Shown here: positions 36,801-49,100 of the stretch, piece after piece
Layout of the letters: each line of letters opens with the position of its first letter
Position numbering within the stretch: the stretch's first letter is position 1
DNA from: Podarcis cretensis
Lineage: Eukaryota
Assembly (NCBI GenBank): GCA_951804945.1
Contig: OX638154.1
Coordinates: forward strand, 51,956,001-52,020,000
Reading direction: 5' to 3'
Length of the DNA: 64,000 nt
Made by a program: the position numbers and the translations under genes
Notes under the pieces: model-generated
The model's input: only the letters and a program-made list of their open reading frames with translations
Told to the model about the DNA's origin: nothing
The model's database searches: none

Positions 36801-38258
36801 ATCCTTTGCTCTTCCCCTCCATTTCCTCTGTGCTTGTTGTCATGGTTACAATCACTTATTGGCAGCAGCAGAGAGATTGACAGGCATGAAATTGCTTATA
36901 TGGTGCTGGAATACTGCTGTGCACAGGGAGGCAGTAGCTGCCTGGATGCCCCCAGGAGACCACTGTATGAGCATTGTACTTTTGATTTTAGGAAATGGAT
37001 ATTCAAGGGTCTTGACTCTTTCAGCCTCCCCCCTCCCCTTTACCAACAGATTCTTCAGATGGAATAAATTCTGTGAATGGCATACAGTTTTAGATTTGTA
37101 TTCCATTTCAGAATATGTTTCATCCTGAATGCATGAAAATGTTGACTTTGTGAAATGTTGTGGGGTAATGGAACTATACAGAAGGAAGGACAAGCACTGA
37201 GCACTGTGAGTAGACCAGGGAAGCCAGAACAGGGAAACCATATGCAGATTATTTTTCCCTGAAGTTTGAGCAGAACACACTCATCCTTAAAATCTGAGTT
37301 CAGATTTTAAATTCACCTGTAGCTGGTAAATTCCAGAAGAGTAGTGATGTTGAGTTTTTGCACCAAAAACCAAAGTCCTTTACATTTATGTATTGGTTGA
37401 GGTTTAAGGGCCATATCACAGTGGCAGAGCATCTGCCTTGCATAAGAGGGAGATAAAGAACTACAGAACTTTTAAAAGACATCTGAAGGCAGCCCTGTAT
37501 TGGGAAGTTTTTAATGTTTAATGTTTTACAATATTTTATATGTGCTGGAAGCCGCCCAGTGGCTGGGGTATAAATAATAAAATTATTGTGGAGGCGCAGG
37601 TTAACTCTGTGACCAGGGCAGCTGTCTACCAGCTCCACCTGGTACGCAGGCTAAGACCCTACCTCCCCACGGACTGTCTCGCCAGAGTGGTGCATGCTCT
37701 GGTTATCTCACGCTTGGACTACTGCAACGCGCTCTACGTGGGGCTACCTTTGAAGGTGACCCGGAAACTGCAATTAATCCAGAATGCGGCAGCTAGACTG
37801 GTGACTGGGAGTGGCCGCCGGGACCACATAACACCGGTTCTGAGAGATCTGCACTGGCTCCCAGTACGTTTCCGAGCACGATTCAAAGTGTTGGTGCTGA
37901 CCTTTAAAGCCCTAAACGGCCTCGGTCCTGTATACCTGAAGGAGCATCTCCACCCCCATCGTTCAGCCCGGACACTGAGATCCAGCGCCGAGGGCCTTCT
38001 GGCGGTTCCCTCATTGCGAGAAGTGAGGCTACAGGGAACCAGGCAGAGGGCCTTCTCGGTAGTGGCGCCCGACCTGTGGAACGCCCTCCCATCAGATGTC
38101 AAAGAGATAAAGAATTACCTGACATTCAGAAGACATCTTAAGGCAGCCCTGTTCAGGGAAGTTTTTAATATGTAATGCTGTACTGTTTTTAACACTGATT
38201 GGGAGCCGCCCAGAGTGGCTGGGGAAACTCAGCCAGATGGGCGGGGTATAAATAATAA

Positions 38259-38302
<44 letters not shown>

Positions 38303-40077
38303 GAAGGTCCAGGTTCAATCCCTGACATTTCCAGCTAGAGCCAGAAATGTCTCCTTGCTCAAACCTTCGAGAGCTGCTGCCAGTCAGTGTAGACAGTACT
38401 GAGCTAGATGGGCCAGTGGTCTGACCACTGAGGCAGTTTCCTATGTTCCTGCGTGTGCAATTGGGCCTGTGCATGTATGGGCACCCACCTCATATATTAA
38501 GTGGTGTGTGGGGTGAGAGGGAAATGCACAGCTGCATCTCCACCAGAGTTATATTTTTTGATCCTGGTATCTAGTGTGTGCTCATTATTTTAAGTGTTTG
38601 GATAACCCTCACAAAGCAGTTTGTATAAATCATTTAAAATAACATGCTTCAATTAAAGTACAATGACAATGAACATAAACAGCAGCGGAAAAACAACAGC
38701 CAGATAAAACCATCATTTGAGACTAAAAGACACTAAAGTGTATGGCTGAATGAAAAGATCCTCATTTGGTATGGAAAGTAAGTAGAATTAGCACCAGGCG
38801 GACCTCCTGGGGAGAGCATTGCAGAGACAGGGCATCACAGTAGAAAAAGCCCCATTGTGCATCACCATCCATCTTGCTTCAGATGGGGGAGGGCACAAAA
38901 AGCCTCAGAGGATCTTAAAACCCTGGCTGGTTCATGTGGGAGGAAGTAGTTACTGAGGTATCTTCATCCCAAACTGTTTAGATCTTTAAATAGCACAGTG
39001 AATTTGCTCTGGAAATCAATGCAGGAGCCAGTGCAGTTGTTTTAAGACTGGCAAGATGTGTTCCATATATCTCATCCCAAGTAGTGGAAAATATGGCAAC
39101 TAGGTTACTAACTGACTTCCAAACTCTTCAAGGTCAGCCCTATATACAATACATTGCAATAATCTGAATGGGATTTTCCTGGAGCAAGAATAATTGTGAT
39201 TAGCTTGATTGTACCAGCCTAGAGTAGTAAAAGGCATTTTGTACCGCTGAGGTTACTTGGGCATCCAGAAGTAAGGCTAGATCTCATAGCACCTCCAGAC
39301 TGTGTATCTAATCTACTAAGGCAGGCAAACCACCTACCAATAGAACTTGTCATGATTGAGCTTCAGGACATTGGTCCTCATGCAGCCAATTACTGGTTCC
39401 AGGCACAAATTCAGCACTTTTAAAGGCCACAGCACCAGCTGAATTAGAAGGAAAAATGATAGAAGTGGGTGTCAAGTGTGCCCTAAATTCTCAAATCTCA
39501 CTCAGTAGTTTCATGTAGATCAGAGATAGAGAACACATGACCTTCCTGATGTTGGTGGACTCCCAACTCCCATCAGTCCCAGCCAGTGTGTGTAATAGCC
39601 AGGGATGATGGGAGCTGTACTTCAACATCTGGAGAACCACTGGTTCCCCATTCTCAAATAGATGTTGGTATAACATGGGAAGGGCAGACTAGGGTTGTGT
39701 GGAACAACATGGCATGACTGTCATGGGTCACAGCAACAGTCCAGCACCATGACCTTCTAGAACTGATGATTCAGGTTGGTATGGGATCGCCAAAGTGTGG
39801 TTCCCCTGTTCTCCCCCAGTGCAGCCAATCTAGAAGGATAGCAATGTCAATAATATTGAAAGTCATGAGGTGTATAGTTGAATTAGCAGGGTCTCGTTCC
39901 CTTGGCATAGGTCACCCATAAGGGAGACTAAGACAGTTTCAGTTCCAAAACCAAGCTGGAAACTAATTTGAAATGGCCTCAGAAAATTAATGTTGCTCTG
40001 GGGAGCCCCAGCCCTTTTCAGCACCCTATTTTCTAGGTTATAGCATGTGCCCTAAACAGTTACTCTTCTAGCATGCA

Positions 40078-40133
<56 letters not shown>

Positions 40134-43100
40134 TAATCATCATCACCAGAATCATGCTAGAACGTAACAAAGTAGACTGAGTTGTGAAGCCTACCTCTCA
40201 CAACATTGTTATCAAGGCCTCTTTCACTTGTTCAACCTTCATGAAATATGTTCTGTCATCTGCCTACAAATCTGTATCTGTTATCCTATGTAGAAAATAA
40301 CAGAGGATTCTTAAGATAGCTAGGACATGATGTTTGTTAGCGAATTTTACACTTTACATTATCTTTTGGTATAAAAAGGGATTGTTGATGGTTACCTCAC
40401 TACATCCCATGAAGTGTTACAATCATGGTTTCATCTTGCACAGGCAGGACACAACTTAGTGTGAGCTGGTTCCTTTGGCATTCATCTGGGGAAAAGAATG
40501 CATCTAACTGGGTTATGTGTTCATCTGCGCTCAGCAGATATTACTACACTTAGGCTTTATTGGGACCAGGATATGTTACATTTTGTTGTCTTGGCCTTAC
40601 TGTAAAATACTTTCTCTTCCATGGTGTATACAAACCTGCTTCCTATTTCAGGTATTTCATGTAGGCTCATGTCATGAGTTACAGTGGTACCTTAGGTTAA
40701 GCACTTAATTTGTTCTGGAGGTCCATTCTTAACCTGAAACTGTTCTTAACCTGAGGTACCACTTTAGCTAATGGGGCCTCCTGCTGCTGCTGCGCTGCCG
40801 CCACACGATTTCTGTTCTCATCCTGAAGCAAAGTTCTTAACCCGAGGTACTATTTCTGGGTTAGCGGAGTCTGTAACCTGAAGCGTCTGTAACCTGAAGC
40901 ATCTGTAATCCGAGGTACCACTGTATTAGTCTTTAAAGTGCTACAGGACTCTTCATCATGAAAGTTCTAGGTATGTTCTCTCAGCAGTGTTTGTTAGCTT
41001 ACAAGACCTGTAGATCAGGAATTTTGAAAGGTTTGTTGTGGAAGAGAAGGCCATTTAATGTAAGTTATCAATATTCTGTGCCAGGAAGAATCATTTAAGA
41101 GGTATAGCAAATCTCATATCTGAAAAATTTCACTTCCAAGAGGCAAAATGGGGATTGATGTGTTGGTTAATGTGACAGTAGTTTGCATGCGACAAGCCTA
41201 GAGATAACAAAATACACTCTTTACAGTTGGCTTGGGTTTCCTGACTGATGTTGGCACTTTCAGAGTTGTGGAGGAGGGGTCTGTGTAAGATGCCCTTGGT
41301 GTTTGAGACTTTTATATTTAGATAAAAGATAAGAAGAGGATGATAGAGCTTCAAAAAAATCATGAGTTATGTGGTGGAGAATTCTTTTCTTCCTCCCAAC
41401 ACTCAAGGTCACTCACTATTGATTGGCAAATTGAGGATAGACAAAAAGAAAATAGTTCTTCACACAGTGCACAACTAACTTGTGGAATTCACTGGTGCAA
41501 GAGATAAGCCACTTTATGAAAGGTCAGTAGCAATAGTATTTACAGAAACTCCAGGTTCACAGATTATATAACTCTGAATACAGTTGCTGCAGAGCAAATT
41601 GCAGGACAGGACTGTTACCTTCATCCCTTGTTTACGAGCTTCCTGAAGCATCTGGTTGGGCAGCATGGGAATGGAAGGCTGGACAAAACTGATATCTGGC
41701 TTGATTCAGCAGGAGTCATCTTACATTTGTGATTGACGGTTCATTATTTTAGGAGGCTATATAGGCATAAAGCCTCCCATCTCCTCTCTCCCTTGGCAGG
41801 TATGTGAATACTCTTCTGAAGCTCATCCCACCTGTTCTGGGACTCCAGGAACAACTACGTCAAGCAGTTCAGAGCAGGGATATGGAGACATCTCATGGGA
41901 TCTGCCGCATTGCTGTTGCCCTGGGAGAGAATCATTCCCGGTGAGGAGAATGGTGATGGAATCTGATAGCAATGATCAGTAGAAAATGGAGCTATTTTGG
42001 GGAGTGTTCCCTCTGCCCTACTAGCTTTCTTTGTAGCTAAGCAGCCTATAAGTCTCCCAAACCTCATTCTAAAGCAGCTCAAAGATCCAAAGGGTCATAT
42101 GGACGCTAATGTATCTGTGCATGATAGCAGATACTATACCAAGTGTGGCCAAACTTGGCCTTCCAGCTGTTTTGGGACTACAGTTCCCATCATCCCTGAC
42201 CACTGGTCCTGTTAGCTAGGGATGGTGGGAGTTGTAGTCCCAAAACAGCTGGAGGGCCAAGTTTGGCCTTGCCTGGACTATACGGAACCCTTTCCCATCT
42301 GGAAGCCATTGAAGATCCTAAACCTACTGTATCTTGTCCACTTGCTGGGGTATTTGTTCCATGAGTTGGCCGAATCCCTTTCAGTTTGCTTCCTAGCTCT
42401 TTTCCTGTAGAGCACGCATCCCCAAACTCTGTCCTCCAGCTGCTTTGGGACCACAATTCCCATCATCCCTGACCACTGGTCCTGTTAGCTAGGGATAATG
42501 GGAGTTGTAGTCCTAAAACAGCTGGAAGGCTGAGTTTGGGGATGCCTGCTGTAGAGGGTATAGCGCACTGATATACTGTACTGTATTATCCCAAATGTGG
42601 GGTGACTGCTGTTTCTATGCACCTGCAATGGCAGAGCCAATTCCTGATGCAGTGTGCCTACTATTTCCCACAGAGCTCTCTTGGACCAAGTGGACCACTG
42701 GCAGAGCTTCCTAGCACTGGTTAACATGATCATGTTCTGCACTGGGATCCCAGGACACTATCCTGTCAATGAGACCACGAGTTCACTTACACTCACTTTC
42801 TGGTATACACTTCAGGTAAGTGTTAGCCACCTTCATGAAGTGGACTTCTTCAGTGCCATCTTTATAGGTTTGTTCTCTGGCTTGTACTTTGGTTGGTGCC
42901 AGGCATGTTCTTGTACTAGTGGTTCTGCATGCCTCTACATGAAAAAGTTGGCAAGGCTAATAGCTAGCACATTAAAGTTGTTTATGACGATTACACTAAT
43001 TGTTCTGCATATGCAAGCACTTGTCATGTAGATTGTATAGATATTGGTTCTGGATTGAGTATAATGGAATGTTCTGGAATTGTCCACTAGAAGCTCTGAG

Positions 43101-46100
43101 GCCAAACTTGATGTATGCTCTGTGCTTAATAGAGTGGAAATTCTTGCATTCTTGCATACATATATTGAAGGCCAGAGTGAGTGACAAGGATGTATAGTAA
43201 TTCTGCTTACTGCATAAACATGGCGTATAAACATGGTTGTGTTCCAGTAATATGTTCTGTGGCAACAGAGAAGATGCTCAGATATACCCGTGAGCCTTAA
43301 ATTCCCTTTAGGTGCTGCAGGTATTTATTTGCAGCTCAGACTCCACCATCTTCGAGAAGTGTGTAAACTAAACACCTCATTACATGAATCAAATTATTCG
43401 CTATGAGGTAGATTTATCATCTTCCTCTCTTTCTGCTAGAGAACAACTTGACTGTGAGTACCCTGTTTTGACAGGAAGAGAGCTCCATTTAGTTTGCTGT
43501 CTAGTGGTGGCAAGGTGTTTCTTTACTAGAGTAGCCCATAGTGCATCAGTGGCCTTATTGGAAGAGCCTTACAGATAATAGCTCTTTTCAGCTATGGAAG
43601 AAGACCAAGTTTGTTCTCTGTCTTGACAGGCAAAGTGCTGCTATTCCCAGTTGCAAGCACAATTAATGCAGATGCAGATTTGTCTGTTGTGGTGTATGCT
43701 TGCTGCTATGCTGAGACACAGTCCTTGAAGCAGTGCAGCCTGGTCTGACTTGCCCTCCCCACCCCCACACTTCCTTGGAGCCCAGAAGCTTCATTAGCAT
43801 GGCAAATTAGCCTGACATACTCCTGCACTGCCCAAGAGCAAGGCTAGCTGTTGAGCTGCTGTTTCTCTGGGTGCCAGCTTGAAATGAGATGAGATGAGGT
43901 CATGCATTGTCTCAGTGTGTGACTGGCGCAGTACTTGAGTCCACAGGCACATCGTTCCTAATGAAGGAAACAAAACTGAAGCAGCATCTTTTATAGGCTG
44001 CTCAAGAACAGAGAGACAGCAGAAGACTTTTTCTGCATGGTCTAACCCACACCAATACACACCTTTGCAGTTTCCAGTGGGTTCCCAAAACCTTTGGTAA
44101 TTTTATGCCAGGCAACCCAGGATCATCCTTTTCTATTTCCTTCATAAGCTCTGCCTAGTGTGAGAATCTTGAATCAGAGGTTTAGTGAAGCTCCAGGATT
44201 GTATTCAGTGACCCAGAATCCCTTCTTACTTTTCTTTTCTATACATCTGTTTTTGCATCAGCCTAGTTTATAAGGTAACCTTGTCCATGCCAGCCTTGAG
44301 CAGCATAGGAATACCCAGCTTTCTTCTTTTAGCAGACATTGCTATACTGTAGGGGGTGGATTTATTCCTTACCTGGCTAAAACTGTCTCTAAAGGAAAGA
44401 ACAAGGTGTTGGTCACTAAAAGTAGAAGAAAGCAGACGTGGTCAGCTGCTTTACCAGCCTGTGATGGCTTCTGTGCTTGTCTAGTTGGTGTCAATGTGTT
44501 GAGAAGGAATGATACTACAGAGAGAGTGACCTGACAAAGTATTATGTAGAACTGCTCCTAGAAGCTAGGAAGGATCTTAGATGCATTAAGGAGAATATTT
44601 GAGTGGAGTAACTTGACTCTAAAATGTCATTTCTGGGTTTCCCATATAGAGATCCCCCCCACATCACATCAAAATGCTTGGGGGACTGATTGTGTTAACA
44701 TCAACATGATTGCTGGAGTTCAGGGCTGATTTTTCCAATCTCCACTTGATGAATGATCTTTTTCTTTGCAGGATGACATCCTCTCTTTTGATCCAGAAAA
44801 GCAGGCCATGTATCAGCAAGTGTATCGGCCTGTCTATTTCCAGCTGGTGGATGTGCTCCTGCACAAGGCACAGTTTCCCTCTGATGAAGAGTACAGCTGC
44901 TGGTCCTCTGATGAAAAGGAGCAATTTCGGATATACCGGTATGACCTTTTGCCTAATCATATCCCTTAGCATTCAGTTGGTGTGCAGTGCTTATAATCTG
45001 CAGAAGAGGAAGTTGATCATGCTTCATTAATGGGAGTAAACATTGAACTTGCCCTGATTTGGCTATGGGCTATAACTGTTTCAGCAATTTCTATCTAGCT
45101 GCTATTTGGTAATGTGGGAATGTTTTGTAACTCTTTTTTTTCTATTGCTCATTTGCTCATTTCCTCAGAGTGGACATCTCTGACACCTTGATGTATGTGT
45201 ATGAAATGCTTGGAGCAGAGCTGCTGAGCAGCTTATATGACAAACTAGGTCGCCTCTTGACCAACACAGAGCAGCCATCCTCATGGCAGGTGAGTGGAGA
45301 GCTCAACCCTCAAATGGAACACCAAGCTAGAGGAATGCAGCAAGCACAGAGGCTAAATATGCTGCAGATTTTTAAGAAAGAATGGTACTAGTCCTGGTTA
45401 GACCTGGGGAGAGAGCATTGTGGAAGAGAGGTGCTAAGGTAAAGTGAAGGTGCAGAGTGTCTTGGTTAGAAGAACCATCTGTTAAATCTCAGAGCAGCAT
45501 GTGTGGAAGGGCAATCCAAAGTCACAAAGCTCCAAAAAGTTGTTAGAAGTGTTGAATGGGTCTGAAATGTGTAAACCTCTTCCTTGTAGTGTACGGCTGA
45601 GTTGGTGGTTTATAAAATTGGGACTGAAGGATTGCTTCGATGTCCCAACTTCCAGCTTGCTGATTTCTCTCCTAGTGTAAGACACTGCTGGTGGTTTTTG
45701 CAATCATTCTGGCACACCTCCCATCACTGTGTGGCAGCAACCAAATTATGCAAGATACCTGACAGCAGGACTGCGGACTCAACAAATGCATGCTCAATTA
45801 CATCTATTTTTCCTTATCATAGGGTTTGTGTTACCACATGTTTTTATCACTAGTCTGCAAGTTAGGTTTCTGTACTGGGAAAACTGAGGAGTGTAGTTGT
45901 CCCACTACCTCCAGTGTTACAAAGAAAATATGCCTTTACAGTTTGCTGAAAGATGCTGAAAGATTCTTTGATATGTCTCCTGTGCCATGATGGGTGGTAA
46001 TGCCAGGCTAGAGGTCTCTGTGTGGCAGCTAATCAGAATGTATCTGTTCACCTTGGCATGTTGACAGTGTGTTACTGGCACAGCAAACAGTGATGGGCGT

Positions 46101-49100
46101 CAAGGACCAGTGACCGCAGGGGCTCCTCGTTCATCAATGTGACAGCCAAGCAAAAACCCAGCCTAGCCATGATTTACAGTCCACGCACCTGGAAGACTTA
46201 AGACAGTAGCAAACATACCAGCACTCCAGCATACTAAGTATGCAGCCTCAGCAGTCCATATCTTGCTAGAATAGCCCTCGGTGTGAGGGAGCATGGATGC
46301 AGGTGTATCCTGCCTCCTCTTGCGGGTGCAGGAAGGGGAGAGACTACACAATGAGCTCATCCACACTTGCACTTGCCCCGCCCCTTTCTCCCCAGGAAAC
46401 CCACTTTTTACTGCTGAATCAGAGCAAACGCCAATCGATTTTTCTGCATACTGGTGTTTGTTCTCATGGAAAGTGGTGAGACAAATAGGACAAGTGGAAA
46501 ACCTCTTGGACCCATGCTTTCAAGGTATGGGACAAGTGGAAATGTGGGTGAGCCCTGTGTGTTATATAGCCCAGCAGTTTCAGGATGTCTAGTTGGGGTT
46601 GCACTGAAGGATAGCAGGTGCTTTATGTTGCTGGGGAAAGGGGTTCCTTGACCTGAAGAATTTGACTCACTAGATACGATGCCCCTGCAAAAAGCTTACT
46701 GGTGAAAGAATTATTATTGTGCTACTAAGTGTAAAGGATCAACAACTCATCATAACTTTTTATGGAAGTTATCCCTGCATATTTTTTGTAAAAATGAAAT
46801 CTAGGTTGGGGACTTTTTCAACATACTGTGTCTCTGTCTTCATTGCCTTCAAGTTTGATTAAATAAATTTAAAATATTTATATATCACTGTTCATTTCGG
46901 TAGTGGTGTTTGAACCACCCTTTGTAAAATTCAGCACTAACATGCAGTCCATGTTGCAAATCGGATGAAGGGAGGTATATACATTTAATAAATAAAAAAA
47001 ATTAAAATATCTATGTGGGGCATTAGAGTTCGGCCTGGGCTCAAGAATGAAATCTTTTTTCTTTGGCAGCACACAGAAGCTTTGCTTTATGGGTTCCAGT
47101 CCATCGCAGAAACAATAGATGTAAACTACTCGGATGTAGTGCCTGGCCTCATTGGGCTCATTCCTCACATCAGCATCAGCAATGTGCAGCTTGCAGATAC
47201 GGTTATGTTCACTATTGGTAAGAAGACTGGGTATGGGGAGGGAATGGGTGCTAAAAGGGAAGGTTAACCCAAAGAACCTCAGGCTGTTGAGGTCTTACAA
47301 CACTATGGAACCAGCAGTCCATAGGCTGGATGTGGCCTGTCCACAGTACCCTCTCCTTGCCCAAGCCTGTGCTACAATTAGGCTGCAAAAAGCCTTGTAT
47401 TGTCTCTGCTATGTGTATATGTGTGCCAGCTTTGAGTGTGGCCAAAACAGAATGGGGCAATTTATTTTTTTACTCCCCCTCCCCAGCATGTAGCTCCCTG
47501 AAGGTTGGCAGTAAGGAAATGTGGCCCTTGGAATGAAAAGATTCCTAATGCCTGAAATTGGTGTGCATTACAGTAGTCCATGTGGGGCTTCCTTGAGATG
47601 GTTTGGAAGCTATATCTGGTGGAGAATGTTACAGCCAGTTTTTTGAATGGAGCACCTTGACGTGCACATAGTGCACCTGTGCTGAGGGAACTGCACTAGC
47701 TGTTTTTATGATCCTGTTTATTGCTGTATTTTTGTACATTGCTTAGACCTTTAAATGAAGTGGTTTAGTAATGCTTTTAAATAACTAAATACTGATGGGT
47801 GCTTCTTTGCTTTTTGTGGGCTGTACTGATAGCATTTGGCACATTAAACAGAGCAGCTCCTGACTCTGCATTTTCTATCTTTCTAGGAGCACTTTCAGAG
47901 TGGCTGGCTGACCACCCTGTCATGATCAACAATGTTTTACCCCTGGTGCTACAGGCTCTGGGCAATCCTGAGTTGTCCATCTCTAGTGTCTCAACCCTTA
48001 AGAAAATCTGCCGTGAATGCAAGTATGACTTGCCTCCCTATGCTGCCAACATAGTTGCTGTCTCTCAGGTAACTGAAATAATGGTCTAAGGATACATGGT
48101 TTTATGAGACAATGGAAGTTTAAGTGACTGACTAGTTTTGAGCTGTATGTAAAGGAGAGATCATTCAACAGGGCTTAAAGCAGTAGGCACATTCTGAGGA
48201 GGATATCTGCGTGTGTATGTGAGATTTAGTGGGGTAAATATTTATTGCACATTGTCAGAATGGGAATTCTGACTGCATGTATCAGTTAAAATAACTTGAA
48301 TCTTATCAGTTTGAAGGTATGTGTGCATCTGTTTTGGCAGCTGGCAGGGTGGGTTGACTTTGAGCTACTTCTGCAGTGGAAATTTGGTCAAGGTTCAGCT
48401 CAGCCTTCTGCTTAACTAAATGCTGTCTCTGGTTTCCCCTTCACATTTCCTGCTAGAAGAGGAAAAATTATGCTTGCAGGGTGTGTGGAGGAAACAGAAC
48501 TGTTGACCCTTGTTGCTGACATTATGGAGCTTGGGAGACCAGCAATATGAAACCGCTGCCTATAATGAATCACTGATGACTACTTATCCATTATGAAGCA
48601 TCCTTGAGAAGGGTTGGCTTTCACTGTAGGAGGGAGAGGGTGCTTATTGATTATTTATTCAGATATTTATAAGCTGCATTTTAAGATCAAGCCCTCACCG
48701 GTATGTAAAAAGATTGATGCAAGATAACAATAGGTACATCAGACAGGTGTACAACTACTATGAGAAAGCTGCTCTGAATCATACAAGTCTTTAACACTCT
48801 TCAGGAAAAGCAGTAGAGAGCTTTTCAAGGCCCTCTTAAAAGCATGTATGGAAGGGGCCAAGCTTAAGTTAATCAGAAGGGAGTTAGCCTTCTCTTGCTT
48901 ATCCACTTTTCCTTGAAATTTCATAGCGCCCATGCTCCAGATCAGTGTTTGTCTCCCAGAGTTGTCAGTTGATATTGTGGTTGGAGCATTGTTAAATGTT
49001 TCTGCTGTGGGGCGAGTACTCACTTTCTCACATCTTTCCTTCTATAGGATGTGCTAATGAAGCAGATTCACAAGGTAAGATACTTATACTCCTCCCTGGT

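Larger units (their letters stand above)
37408..38450 (+). mobile_element. Squam3 SINE (head 37408-37447, body 38301-38450) interrupted by L2 insertions
   Basis: gggccatatcacagtggcagagcatctgccttgcat ... agaaggtccaggttcaatccct...gagctagatgggccagtggtctgac...ttcctatgttcct. Colinear with the intact copy at 57913-58100. Confidence 0.85.

Noticed and set aside
37540-38175. 211-aa ORF as a host gene
   Set aside because: It is the C-terminus of L2 ORF2 fused by chance to an upstream L2 tail, with no complete RT or endonuclease.
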